Assembly (NCBI GenBank): GCA_973895155.1
Contig: OZ316892.1
Coordinates: forward strand, 15,678,861-15,742,860
Direction of reading: 5' to 3'
Source: Marsupella aquatica
Taxonomy: Eukaryota > Plantae > Marchantiophyta
Length of the DNA stretch: 64,000 bases
This document shows positions 13,438 to 25,937 of the stretch, piece after piece. Below the pieces are notes generated by a model. That model saw nothing but the letters and a program-made list of their open reading frames with translations. It was not told where the DNA came from and did not search any database. The number at the start of each line of letters is the position of its first letter. Within the stretch, counting starts at the first letter, position 1. The position numbers and the translations under genes are program-made.

Positions 13438-16400
13438 TGTGATGCCTAGACAGGAATCACTCGGCCGGTTAAGTGGGTAAAGCAGGAAGGCACCCTAGGA
13501 ACACCTTAGTATAGTGACAAAACAAGGAAAATATAAACAATTAGGGGCAACCATGGAACCCGGGCCGAGGCCGGAGGTAAGGCTGAGGGTGAAAACCCGA
13601 TTAGGGTTAGGGCGCGTTAAGCGTCGGCGGCTAGGAAGGATCAACGGGAAGAAGGACCGGCAAAGGAGAGGGGTAAGGAGCGCTTGCAGGAGATGGTGGC
13701 TCATTTGCGAGCACGAACTAGGCAGACGACTACGGGAGGCCAACTACTGTCAGCTGCTTAGGCAAGCACTCGGGGAGAGAGTAGATACCGACGATCAACC
13801 TAAGGAGGGTATGAGCAACGTCAATCAAGCGGCACATTTCTGGGGATGCCTGTTCGAACGGGCAACTGAGTACATCAAGACTTACGAGGACGAGGAATCA
13901 GAAAGGGCAGCTCGAGAACGGCAGGAGCTCGCTCGATTGTGGGAGCTGCAGAAGACGGCTTTCTTAGGAGGCGAACTCATCAAGGACGAGTTCCTGTGGA
14001 CGCCTACTTCCAATCAACTCGACGATCTTCTGTTTTGCAAAGACAGCGTCGTCGGCATCCGAGAGGCCATCAAGAACTGCAACGACATACACTGGGAATT
14101 AAAGGGTAGCACGGAAAGGTGGACCCAAGCAATGGTGCTAGGAGAAACCTCCACGGCAGCAGAGATGAAGAGGAAGGGAGCCGTCAACGATGAAGCCACC
14201 CCGGCAAAAAGAACGAGGTCGGCGGCACCAAAGAAGCCAGCCGAGCAGCAGAGCAGGAGGCAGGGAGAAGCCGAAGAGGAGGAGGTTGATCCCATCAAGG
14301 CCATTCCAACCAGGGATGACACCTGGAAGGGCTGGGCGGCAACCCTACCGGTGGAGGTGCAACTACATTTTGCACGGGAGGAGGATGCATGCTTTACGGC
14401 CATGCAGACCAAGAAGTACCAAGGCTTCATGGCCGGATCCGGCTTGGAGGCCTTTGTAAGATTACCATGGCTGAAGCCGGAGGTACCGGAGTCAGACCTA
14501 TTAGAATTCGTGGGGTCATGGGAACCCGAGACCAATTGCACGAGGATATATGGGAAGGATTTCTATCTTACTCCCAAGGTAATTGCCAAAGTGTTTGGCT
14601 TGCCGATAGGCAATAAGACCAAAGTTGATACCAGGAAGACCTTGCCTGACAAGGAGTTCCGGTCGTTCCCCGGGCCATCAACGAAGAATGGCTTCTTCCG
14701 GAACACCTGCACCAACCCGCACATAGGAGAGATGATCGACTTCTTGCGGGTGACCATGCATTGTAACTTGCCGAGGGCAGAGATCGGCAAGGCACAGGTC
14801 TATCTGGCAGAAAGGCCAGACCCAAGCCGGGACTACAACGGGTACCTCCTCAACCAATTGAAGAAGATCTTAAAGGAGGAGCAGCAGGTAATCGGCATGG
14901 GGAGCGTGTCGCGGCTTGGCTATCACATGCCGCTGTTGTGCCGGTATGCCAGAGGTCAGACTTTTGCCCCGGTACTTCCCCTGCAGGTAAGAGCACCCGA
15001 GGAAGCTCCAACGCCAAGGCCGTTGGCTGAGAAGCCTCAACCACCTGTTAGTCCTACGATCGAGCAGGTGTTTAGGCCCAGGAAGGAGGACTTGCCGATG
15101 CAGCAACCAGGCATGCAGAGTCTGCTGAAACTACTGGAGAAAGAAAAGAAATCGGCATCGGCAACAACAACGGCAACGGCAACAATGCAGGACACTACTA
15201 CAGAGGTAGGCCTACACCGGCTCACAAGAGAAAACCCCTTTGCTGGAGACAAGGAGAGAATCAGGCCGGAATCCAAGCCAGGTGTTCGAATGTACGTGGG
15301 AACCTCAAGCTCCGAATCTGAGGCAGAATTGCCTGAAGCTCCTACCGACGAAGAGGAGAGGGAGAAGCCGGACGTCCAAGAGGTAGAGGAGGCAGTGGAG
15401 GACTGCAGCCATGATAATTCCGGCTATGGGTCGGACCATCACGTTCCAGGAGTAAGGACCTGTGGCCGGTTTGTCCCCACACTTCCAAGGGTAGTGCGAG
15501 GGGACCCCAACCAGCAGAGTAGCCCTGAGTCTCCCCCACCAGATGTTGCTCCCCCGAGCTTCGATGGCATAAAACAGACAGTGCAGGAATTTCAGGAGCG
15601 AATCAAGCAGGAGGAGGAGGCCGCCCTGGCTAAGGAAAAGGATTTACCAGGAGGAGATTGGCCGGAGGACATCAGGCGGCTAGCCGAAAAAGGAAGCAAA
15701 CCTCTAGCCACGATTGAAGAGATCCGCAGGACGGCTTGGGAGCAGAGGCCACGATGGGCGATGCCGATCACTTCTACTTACTCCACCTACGCTAAGAATA
15801 GAGCCATGGAGTATGGTGAGATGTGTGGGGAACTTGCGCTCGGCATCTTTGGAGAGGAGTTGGAGGTAGGACCCTTTTTCCATAGGGAGCAGGAGGAGGC
15901 CAAAAACGAGCTGGAGGGGGCACGTAAGGACCTGGATGAAACCCAAGAGGAGTTGGAGGAAATCACGAGGAAGATGGAGAACCTACAGCGGCGGGCCGAC
16001 AACCAAACAGAGCGGCTGAAGAAACAAGCCGCAGTATTTAAATGCTTAGCTGCAGCAGGTCCATCTCCCGTTGGGACAAACCAGTTACCAGGGGTGGTAA
16101 TTGTCGAAGGACAAGCCGCGCCACCTGCACCAGTGCCGGAAGTAAGTGGGAAGGGGAAGGGACCAGCTGCCGAGCCACCAACGAAGAAGAAGCGGAAACC
16201 TTCAGGGTCAAGGAGTAATACGACTTCACAGGCCGTGGTGATCAAGGAGGTAGACCCAGCACCGACCCCAGACAGGGTCACGGCTAAGGATCCAACTACC
16301 CTAGGGGAAGGGGAGGCCAAAGCCGAGGGAGTGGCTGAAGCCGAAGCCGTGGGAGTGGCTGAGGCCGAAGCCGTGGGTATTGCCGAGGCCGGTGTCGAGG

Positions 16401-17464
16401 CTGAAGCCGAAGGTGGACCCAGTCAGGCCGAGGGAGAGTTGACTCGGTCAAGGGCAGGTAATCTGTCAGTAGGCGGGCCAACGGCAGTGGCTGAGGAGGA
16501 AGTGTTGGGGGCGTCCATTGAGGATCCACCACCGGTGTCGTGACGGTGCAAGGGCGCCGTTCCTTTTAGGGAGGGCGGACGTGGAGGGAGGAGGCGTGAG
16601 TGGGCAGGGCGGGCGCGGATCTCCACGTTTAGGATTAGGATTAGAACCAGGAGCGGCCCTGACACTTAGCTTAGTGGGATTGCGGTTCCACTGGTAGGAG
16701 CAACACTTGTGCTCCTGCCTTGCTGTACATAGGTAGATTCGGGCAAGTAGATTACTGTCAGGTAGATTAGGCTTACGCTGCAAAGAATGGCGGATCCACT
16801 ACCAGGATAAGTACCTGGGCAGCGGGGAGCTCAGGGCCTCTTCTTTAGCAAGTTTTTAGTTTGCACCAGCCGGGCTGGGATCAAGTAGTACGAGAAGCTC
16901 TCGGTTAGTCATACAGTGACCCTTGTGTATATTCATGTTTCCTCATGCCTAAGAGCTGAATAGAGTTGGCCTCACGGCTTAGTTCGCAGAACTTGTGTAT
17001 GAGATGTACTGTTTGTATGGCAAGTGCATGGTATGACTCAGTCAGAATGAGTCATTTTGCTATTTGTGTGTCGCATTAACTTGTGTGAAGAGTGCCCACA
17101 TCAACAGAAGGAAGGAAAGTAAGCAGAGGAGTGAGAGTTGGATGTGTCGAGCTGAGAGAGGTCTTAGCGGCTTAACCAAGCCTATTGGGGATCATTCCGG
17201 CGGCGGAATCCAAACATACCTAACAAGACGGAGGGGAAGACAGGGGAAGACAGGGGAAGGCCTATATTAGGCCGGCTACGTATCTCATGACCCGATGAAG
17301 GATCTGTCCAGTATATGTGTGTAAAATGTTAATAGTAGTAGTAGAAGGTTAGCAGCGTCCCATGCCGCTAAGCCGCGGAAACGGCCTCGCCAAGCACGAA
17401 ACCTACGGGAATCGGCTTGAGCTGGGGGGTTTCTTGGGTTTAGGGAGCCATGGGACGCACCACA
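13438..17464 (+). mobile_element. Giant gypsy LTR, family C, copy C1 (4027 bp)
   Basis: TGTGATGCC...CACCACA flanked by AGAGG (13433-13437, 17465-17469); near-identical to 21912-25937. Confidence 0.92.
13553..16543 (+). CDS. Intact LTR-encoded protein, short variant (996 aa from first ATG): PMD/Transposase_32-like domain plus coiled coil
   Basis: Uninterrupted ORF lying wholly inside LTR C1. LLEFVGSW..IYGKDFYLTPKVIAKVFGLP resembles plant-mobile-domain-type motifs (judged by eye). Confidence 0.8.
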   Translation: MEPGPRPEVRLRVKTRLGLGRVKRRRLGRINGKKDRQRRGVRSACRRWWLICEHELGRRLREANYCQLLRQALGERVDTDDQPKEGMSNVNQAAHFWGCLFERATEYIKTYEDEESERAARERQELARLWELQKTAFLGGELIKDEFLWTPTSNQLDDLLFCKDSVVGIREAIKNCNDIHWELKGSTERWTQAMVLGETSTAAEMKRKGAVNDEATPAKRTRSAAPKKPAEQQSRRQGEAEEEEVDPIKAIPTRDDTWKGWAATLPVEVQLHFAREEDACFTAMQTKKYQGFMAGSGLEAFVRLPWLKPEVPESDLLEFVGSWEPETNCTRIYGKDFYLTPKVIAKVFGLPIGNKTKVDTRKTLPDKEFRSFPGPSTKNGFFRNTCTNPHIGEMIDFLRVTMHCNLPRAEIGKAQVYLAERPDPSRDYNGYLLNQLKKILKEEQQVIGMGSVSRLGYHMPLLCRYARGQTFAPVLPLQVRAPEEAPTPRPLAEKPQPPVSPTIEQVFRPRKEDLPMQQPGMQSLLKLLEKEKKSASATTTATATMQDTTTEVGLHRLTRENPFAGDKERIRPESKPGVRMYVGTSSSESEAELPEAPTDEEEREKPDVQEVEEAVEDCSHDNSGYGSDHHVPGVRTCGRFVPTLPRVVRGDPNQQSSPESPPPDVAPPSFDGIKQTVQEFQERIKQEEEAALAKEKDLPGGDWPEDIRRLAEKGSKPLATIEEIRRTAWEQRPRWAMPITSTYSTYAKNRAMEYGEMCGELALGIFGEELEVGPFFHREQEEAKNELEGARKDLDETQEELEEITRKMENLQRRADNQTERLKKQAAVFKCLAAAGPSPVGTNQLPGVVIVEGQAAPPAPVPEVSGKGKGPAAEPPTKKKRKPSGSRSNTTSQAVVIKEVDPAPTPDRVTAKDPTTLGEGEAKAEGVAEAEAVGVAEAEAVGIAEAGVEAEAEGGPSQAEGELTRSRAGNLSVGGPTAVAEEEVLGASIEDPPPVS

Positions 17465-18688
17465 AGAGGTACAGGGCCTACAATTTTTGAGCTTGCATCT
17501 TGCCATGTAGATATGGTTGGTTCTGCTTCCACTCATGAGAAAGCAACCAATTATTTGATGGAAGCTAATGGGAAGTTTGATCTTCTACGGATTGGGCCAT
17601 TAAATGGTGATTTGCAAACAAAATCAACAAAGAGGAAGGGAATTGCGAGTGACAAAATCTCTAACCAGGACTCTTGTCATGTCGTCAGCCTAGGCCTTAA
17701 ACCGGGCTTCAACTTAGATAGGCACATCCTTCGTAAATATGAGGGTTTGGGTAGGGAGGGAAGCCCGGAATGCACCTAACTCACGTAAACTAGCGCTAAG
17801 TGCGTCTACTATTATTTATGGACCCTTCCTAGGTATGGTTTGTGTTCCGCCGCCGGAACGTACCTTAGTCGATAGCGAGATCGACCCCGGCTTACGGGCT
17901 TTTAAGCCTTCGTGCTGTCCGCCTTTGATCTGGATTCGATGATACGGTCACTCAACCTGGGCTCGCAACCACTTACCCGCAAGTTGCACCCCATGCATGG
18001 CTCAGGTAGCGCGTTGGGCCAAGCGTTGGCACCCATACACGAGATTCACACATATGCACACGCAAGCATATAATCTTGATTTACATGAAGGAAATAATGG
18101 GAAAGGATTTTACTACATAGGGGACATACACGTACACTTAGTTGACCCGAAAGCTCTCAAATGAACAGGTCCAAGGCTGAGGGTGTACACTACAACGGAG
18201 CCCGGCTCCGCACTCGCCCGACAAGCTTAGTCCTACCCCCTCCCCTTGGTACTCTTTCACTCGCAGAGATCGGGACTCCCCACACATACCGCGGATGCCC
18301 CACTCTAAGACTAACAAAAAACCCCCTGCCTCTATCAAGGGGTGCACTAAATACTAAGAGCCGAGGACCGGAGTGGTCTTGTGCCCGAAGATTTGCTAAC
18401 TAAGATCCTAACTAAGCTGGTTGTCAGGCCAGAAAATGGCTTGTCTTATTAGAAGATCCTAATCTACGCAGGCTGGATAGCATGGCAGTGCCGCTTTAAC
18501 TAGGGCAGCCTCTTGTCCCTATAGCCTCTTTTAGCTATTCATAACTTTATTTTAATCCTACTTTGTCGCTAATACCTGGCATGCTTGCCTAAGCCGCCTG
18601 AGTGGGAGCGACTATCCCGTTGCCTCCTGAGCCTGTCAGCTTCTTGCTTGATGAGTAGCTGGACCTGGTCCAGCAGAGATTCATTTTC
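17465..18688 (+). repeat. Duplicated flank: transposase fragment (17465-17674) plus the first 1014 bp of LTR B (17675-18688)
   Basis: Near-identical to 25938-27018 joined to 30008-30150. It holds the empty ATAAC site (18541-18545) of the copia-type insertion. Confidence 0.9.
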
Positions 18689-21600
18689 TGCAGGCGTTGT
18701 GGCAGAGCCGGCAGGGTTCACAACGCCATCGATCATCGGCAAGGAATTAAATACCAAGGGATCGGCATACAAGCCGATTACGAGGGCAGAACAAATTGAG
18801 GCCCTATTAGAAGCCGAGAGAGCACAGCGGCCTAACTCTCAGGAGCAAGAGGTGGATGAGATGGACAGACACGATCCAGAGCCAAGGCAGGAAAGGGAGC
18901 CGACCACTAATTCAAAACCAAATAGACCGGTAAGGGGACAATCTATGGACACCAAGGAAGGGACCGACTCGGCTAGTCCAGCCGAGATCCCAGTTTATGG
19001 AGGTATGAGATTAGAGAGACTGGAAGCCGAACTGGACCCGAATTTGAAGAAGCAGATTAATATGATCCAAGCACGGCAATATCGGAAGCTTGACTTAGGA
19101 GAGGGAAGAGAACTGAACTTAGGGAGAAACCTAGCACCTGAGCTCGAGAAAGAGATTAGTGACTTATTGATTGAATTTCAGGATGTGTTTGCATGGAGTC
19201 ACCAAGATCTAAAGGGAGTAGATCCAACACTAGGGGAACATCGAATTGATCTCATGTTAGGAGCCAAATCATTTCGACAACCAATTCGAAGGATGAACCC
19301 GAAGTATTCCCTGCTGGTCAAAACAGAAATCGACAAACTAGTGGAAGCTGGATTCATCACTCCAGTCCTGCATTCAGACTGGGTGTCTCCAATTGTGATA
19401 GTTCCCAAGAAAGCTGGACCCGATGGTAAAACCAAGATCCGGGTTTGTCAGGATTACAGGAAGCTGAATGAAGCAACATTAAAAGACCATTTTCCTTTAC
19501 CGTTTACTGATATGGTACTAGACATGGTAGCCAGTCATGAACTATATTCATTCATGGATGGATACTCTGGTTATAACCAAATCAGGATTCGGCAGGAAGA
19601 CCAAATCAAGACGGCCTTCATCACGGAATGGGGGATCTATGTCTTCAATCGTATGCCGTTTGGACTCTGCAATGCACCAGCTATGTTCCAACGATTAATG
19701 GTGAACATTTTTCATGATTACTTGAGAAAGTTCATGGAAATCTTCATTGATGACTTTGCAGTATTCGGGAGGGCATCGAAACATGCTAAATACCTCAGAA
19801 AAACCTTCATGAGATGTAGAGAGGTGGGTCTCAAGTTACACCCAGATAAATGTTTTTTTGCAGTAACCGAGGGGGTGCTACTAGGTCACAAGGTATCAAG
19901 GAAGGGCATTGAGATTGACAAAGGTAAGCTAGCAGTATGGCTAGATATCATGCAACCTAAGAACATAAAGGATGTAAGATCCTTCTTGGGATGCATTGGT
20001 TACTATCGCCGGTTCATCAAGGATTTTGCCAAGCTAGCTTTACCATTAACCAATATGCTCAAGGCAGGAGCAGACTTCGAACCCACGCCCGAACGAGTCA
20101 CAGCGGTGGTAGAATTGAAGCAGATGTTAGTAGAGGCCCCAGTCATGATAGCACCGGACTGGAACAAAGATTTTCATGTTTTTGTAGATGTCTCGGGCTT
20201 CTGTATTGGCTCAGTACTAAGTCAGTTGGATGAGAAAGGAAGGGACCATCCCATATACTTCGCAAGCCGTCAGCTTGCCGATGCCGAACGGAACTACTCT
20301 ACCACGGAAAGAGAAGCATTAGGAGTCATTTATTCTTGTAAAAAGTTTAGGCATTATTTACTAGGGTACAAGGTAATCTTTCATACTGATCATGAAAGTT
20401 TGAAGTACCTAGTCAATAAGCCGGACCTTACAGGCAGAGTAGCAAGATGGATTTTGCTATTACAGGAGTTTGACTATGAGCTGAGGATCAAGCCGGGAAA
20501 GTTACATGCCAATGCCGACTTCTTTTCAAGGATCACAGGTAAACCTGCCACGGATTGCATCGATGATCGATTCCCCGACGAGGAGCTATTTGTTGTGGAA
20601 ATAGCTGGTACATGGTACCCTGAGATTTTACAATTTCTCAGCACTTCCAGATTACAGCCAGGATTAAGCCGAGAGCAAGCCGCAGTCTTTGTGCGGAAGG
20701 TCAGACAGTATCAGTGCATTAAAGGCATACTGCACAAGCATGGAATCAACGGCACGATTCAAAGATGTTTGGAAAAGAGAGAGGTAAAACGAGTCCTACG
20801 GGCCATGCATGGAGAGGAGGCCGGAGGACATTTTGCCCCAGTAACCACGTCTAAGAAGATATTAAATGCCGGTTACTGGTGGCCCACCTTGCACAAAGAT
20901 GTCTATCAGTTTATCAAACAATGCGATCCTTGTCAACGAGCGGGAGGACCAAGGGCGTCCACCAGGCATCCACTGCACCCTATTCTACCTCTGGCACCAT
21001 TCGAGAAGTGGGGTATTGATTACATTGGACCTCTGAAACCACTGACCCACCCTCGACGGAACAAGTACATAATCCTGGCTACGGATTATGCAACTAAATG
21101 GGTAGAGGCCAGACCAACAACGAAGGATGATGCAATTACTACGGCTAGATTCATGTATGAGCAGATCTTCACCAGGTATGGAGCACCCTTAGAATTAGTT
21201 AGTGATAGAGGAACCCATTTTTTGAATTATATAATTAGTCGTTTAAATGAGCAGTATTTAGTTAAACATAGGCCTACTACTCCCTACCATCCAAAGGCAA
21301 ACGGGTTGACAGAACGAGCAAACGGAATTATAGGAAAGATATTGAACAAGACAGTAGCTCAGAACAAACTCGATTGGGATGATAAATTGTTTGCTGCTGT
21401 TTTTGCTTACAATCTTGCCTATAAATCCACTACCGATCATACACCCTTCTTCTTAACCTTTGGACAAGAAGCCCTGGTACCCATGCAACTTGAGATACCG
21501 ACATTTCAAGTTACAATTGAGGAAAGAGCCTCAGCGGAGGAGAGCCTAAAGGAGCGAGAATATAGGTTAGAAGCTTTAGAGGAAGCAAGAATGATTTCAG

Positions 21601-21923
21601 CCGAGAGAGTAGAATATAGACAGAATATCATGAAGCAGCAGTATGATAAAAGGTTAAAAGTAGTTAGTATTCATACCGGTGATCTTGTGCTACTTTATGA
21701 CAGTAGGTATAGTAGGTTTCCAGGAAAGCTTTACACTCACTGGTTAGGACCCTTTAGAGTAACCATGATGTTCCCCAATGGCTCCGTACAATTGGCCAAC
21801 ATTACGGGAGAGGTATATCCAGTTCGCATCCATTATGACCGCCTCAAGAAATACTATATGGACGAAGATGAAGTTGTTCGCGAGGACGCTTCACAATTAA
21901 GTGGGGAGCTATGTGATGCCTAG
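18689..21923 (+). CDS. pol: Ty3/gypsy pol, 5'-truncated (RT, RNase H, integrase), non-chromovirus type
   Basis: KDHFPLPF, DGYSGYNQI, MPFGLCNAP, FIDD; RNase H DVS..E..TDH; integrase H..H..C..C, WGID, SDRG, ERAN, WLGPF. No chromodomain. The stop codon lies in the first 12 nt of LTR C2. Gag and protease are absent. Confidence 0.95.
21899..21911 (+). other. Polypurine tract of the family C element
   Basis: AAGTGGGGAGCTA directly precedes the TG of LTR C2. Confidence 0.7.
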
Positions 21924-24900
21924 ACAGGAATCACTCGGCCGGTTAAGTGGGTAAAGCAGGAAGGCACCCTAGGAACACCTTAGTATAGTGACAAAACAAG
22001 GAAAATATAAACAATTAGGGGCAACCATGGAACCCGGGCCGAGGCCGGAGGTAAGGCTGAGGGTGAAAACCCGATTAGGGTTAGGGCGCGTTAAGCGTCG
22101 GCGGCTAGGAAGGATCAACGGGAAGAAGGACCGGCAAAGGAGAGGGGTAAGGAGCGCTTGCAGGAGATGGTGGCTCATTTGCGAGCACGAACTAGGCAGA
22201 CGACTATGGGAGGCCAACTACTGTCAACTGCTTAGGCAAGCACTCGGGGAGAGAGTAGATACCGACGATCAACCTAAGGAGGGTATGAGCAACGTCAATC
22301 AAGCGGCACATTTCTGGGGATGCCTGTTCGAACGGGCAACTGAGTACATCAAGACTTACGAGGACGAGGAATCAGAAAGGGCAGCTCGAGAACGGCAGGA
22401 GCTCGCTCGATTGTGGGAGCTGCAGAAGACGGCTTTCTTAGGAGGCAAACTCATCAAGGACGAGTTCCTGTGGACGCCTACTTCCAATCAACTCGACGAT
22501 CTTCTGTTTTGTAAAGATAGCGTCGTCGGCATCCGAGAGGCCATCAAGAACTGCAACGACATACACTGGGAATTAAAGGGTAGCACGGAAAGGTGGACCC
22601 AGGCAACGGTGCTAGGAGAAACCTCCACGGCAGCAGAGATGAAGAGGAAGGGAGCCGTCAACGATGAAGCCACCCCGGCAAAAAGAACGAGGTCGGCGGC
22701 ACCAAAGAAGCCAGCCGAGCAGCAGAGCAGGAGGCAGGGAGAAGCCGAAGAGGAGGAGGTCGATCCCATCAAGGCCATTCCAACCAGGGATGACACCTGG
22801 AAGGGCTGGGCGGCAACCCTACCGGTGGAGGTGCAACTACATTTTGCACGGGAGGAGGATGCATGCTTTACGGCCATGCAGACCAAGAAGTACCAAGGCT
22901 TCATGGCCGGATCCGGCTTGGAGGCCTTTGTAAGATTACCATGGCTGAAGCCGGAGGTACCGGAGTCAGACCTATTAGAATTCGTGGGGTCATGGGAACC
23001 CGAGACCAATTGCACGAGGATATATGGGAAGGATTTCTATCTTACTCCCAAGGTAATTGCCAAAGTGTTTGGCTTGCCGATAGGCAATAAGACCAAAGTT
23101 GATACCAGGAAGACCTTGCCTGACAAGGAGTTCCGGTCGTTCCCCGGGCCATCAACGAAGAATGGCTTCTTCCGGAACACCTGCACCAACCCGCACATAG
23201 GAGAGATGATCGACTTCTTGCGGGTGACCATGCATTGTAACTTGCCGAGGGCAGAGATCGGCAAGGCACAGGTCTATCTGGCAGAAAGGCCAGACCCAAG
23301 TCGGGACTACAACGGGTACCTCCTCAACCAATTGAAGAAGATCTTAAAGGAGGAGCAGCAGGTAATCGGCATGGGGAGCGTGTCGCGGCTTGGCTATCAC
23401 ATGCCGCTGTTGTGCCGGTATGCCAGAGGTCAGACTTTTGCCCCAGTACTTCCCCTGCAGGTAAGGGCACCCGAGGAAGCTCCAACGCCGAGGCCGTTGG
23501 CTGAGAAGCCTCAACCACCTGTTAGTCCTACGATCGAGCAGGTGTTTAGGCCCAGGAAGGAGGACTTGCCGATGCAGCAACCAGGCATGCAGAGTCTGCT
23601 GAAACTACTGGAGAAAGAAAAGAAATCGGCATCGGCAACAACAACGGCAATGGCAACAATGCAGGACACTACTACAGAGGTAGGCCTACACCGGCTCACA
23701 AGAGAAAACCCCTTTGCTGGAGACAAGGAGAGAATCAGGCCGGAATCCAAGCCAGGTGTTCGAATGTACGTGGGAACCTCAAGCTCCGAATCTGAGGCAG
23801 AATTGCCTGAAGCTCCTACCGACGAAGAGGAGAGGGAGAAGCCGGACGTCCAAGAGGTAGAGGAGGCAGTGGAGGACTGCAGCCATGATAATTCCGGCTA
23901 TGGGTCGGACCATCACGTTCCAGGAGTAAGGACCTGTGGCCGGTTTGTTCCCACACTTCCAAGGGTAGTGCGAGGGGACCCCAACCAGCAGAGTAGCCCT
24001 GAGTCTCCCCCACCAGATGTTGCTCCCCCGAGCTTCGATGGCATAAAACAGACAGTGCAGGAATTTCAAGAGCGAATCAAGCAGGAGGAGGAGGCCGCCC
24101 TGGCTAAGGAAAAGGATTTACCAGGAGGAGATTGGCCGGAGGACATCAGGCGGCTAGCCGAAAAGGAAGCAAACCTCTAGCCACGATTGAAGAGATCCGC
24201 AGGACGGCTTGGGAGCAGAGGCCACGATGGGCGATGCCGATCACTTCTACTTACTCCACCTACGCTAAGAATAGAGCCATGGAGTATGGTGAGATGTGTG
24301 GGGAACTTGCGCTCGGCATCTTTGGAGAGGAGTTGGAGGTAGGACCCTTTTTCCACAGGGAGCAGGAGGAGGCCAAAAACGAGCTGGAGGGGGCACGTAA
24401 GGACCTGGATGAAACCCAAGAGGAGTTGGAGGAAATCACGAGGAAGATGGAGAACCTACAGCGGCGGGCCGACAACCAAACAGAGCGGCTGAAGAAACAA
24501 GCCGCAGTATTTAAATGCTTAGCTGCAGCAGGTCCATCTCCCGTTGGGACAAACCAGTTACCAGGGGTGGTAATTGTCGAAGGACAAGCCGCGCCACCTG
24601 CACCAGTGCCGGAAGTAAGTGGGAAGGGGAAGGGACCAGCTGCCGAGCCACCAACGAAGAAGAAGCGGAAACCTTCAGGGTCAAGGAGTAATACGACTTC
24701 ACAGGCCGTGGTGATCAAGGAGGTAGACCCAGCACCGACCCCAGACAGGGTCACGGCTAAGGATCCAACTACCCTAGGGGAAGGGGAGGCCGAAGCCGAG
24801 GGAGTGGCTGAAGCCGAAGCCGTGGGAGTGGCTGAGGCCGAAGCCGTGGGTATTGCCGAGGCCGGTGTCGAGGCTGAAGCCGAAGGTGGACCCAGTCAGG

Positions 24901-25937
24901 CCGAGGGAGAGTTGACTCGGTCAAGGGCAGGTAATCTGTCAGTAGGCGGGCCAACGGCAGTGGCTGAGGAGGAAGTGTTGGGGGCGTCCATTGAGGATCC
25001 ACCACCGGTGTCGTGACGGTGCAAGGGCGCCGTTCCTTTTAGGGAGGGCGGACGTGGAGGGAGGAGGCGTGAGTGGGCAGGGCGGGCGCGGATCTCCACG
25101 TTTAGGATTAGGATTAGAACCAGGAGCGGCCCTGACACTTAGCTTAGTGGGATTGCGGTTCCACTGGTAGGAGCAACACTTGTGCTCCTGCCTTGCTGTA
25201 CATAGGTAGATTCGGGCAAGTAGATTACTGTCAGGTAGATTAGGCTTACGCTGCAAAGAATGGCGGATCCACTACCAGGATAAGTACCTGGGCAGCGGGG
25301 AGCTCAGGGCCTCTTCTTTAGCAAGTTTTTAGTTTGCACCAGCCGGGCTGGGATCAAGTAGTACGAGAAGCTCTCGGTTAGTCATACAGTGACCCTTGTG
25401 TATATTCATGTTTCCTCATGCCTAAGAGCTGAATAGAGTTGGCCTCACGGCTTAGTTCGCAGAACTTGTGTATGAGATGTACTGTTTGTATGGCAAGTGC
25501 ATGGTATGACTCAGTCAGAATGAGTCATTTTGCTATTTGTGTGTCGCATTAACTTGTGTGAAGAGTGCCCACATCAACAGAAGGAAGGAAAGTAAGCAGA
25601 GGAGTGAGAGTTGGATGTGTCGAGCTGAGAGAGGTCTTAGCGGCTTAACCAAGCCTATTGGGGATCATTCCGGCGGCGGAATCCAAACATACCTAACAAG
25701 ACGGAGGGGAAGACAGGGGAAGACAGGGGAAGGCCTATATTAGGCCGGCTACGTATCTCATGACCCGATGAAGGATCTGTCCAGTATATGTGTGTAAAAT
25801 GTTAATAGTAGTAGTAGAAGGTTAGCAGCGTCCCATGCCGCTAAGCCGCGGAAACGGCCTCGCCAAGCACGAAACCTACGGGAATCGGCTTGAGCTGGGG
25901 GGTTTCTTGGGTTTAGGGAGCCATGGGACGCACCACA
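21912..25937 (+). mobile_element. Giant gypsy LTR, copy C2 (3' LTR, 4026 bp)
   Basis: Follows integrase and the PPT; followed by TSD AGAGG (25938-25942). Confidence 0.92.
22027..25016 (+). pseudogene. LTR-encoded protein, short variant, with one frameshift
   Basis: Matches 13553-16543 apart from SNPs and a 1-nt loss in the A-run near 24161-24164. Confidence 0.85.

Noticed and set aside
14014-16783. Many short overlapping and antisense ORFs recurring in each LTR copy
   Set aside because: They are shadows of the GC-rich main ORF, repeated only because the LTR is repeated.
18585-18688. First ~35 codons of the 1112-aa ORF
   Set aside because: They are antisense LTR B sequence fused in frame to pol at the rearrangement junction.
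13438-25937. Intact LTR retrotransposon
   Set aside because: Two LTRs and a TSD are present, but PBS, gag and protease are replaced by duplicated flank.
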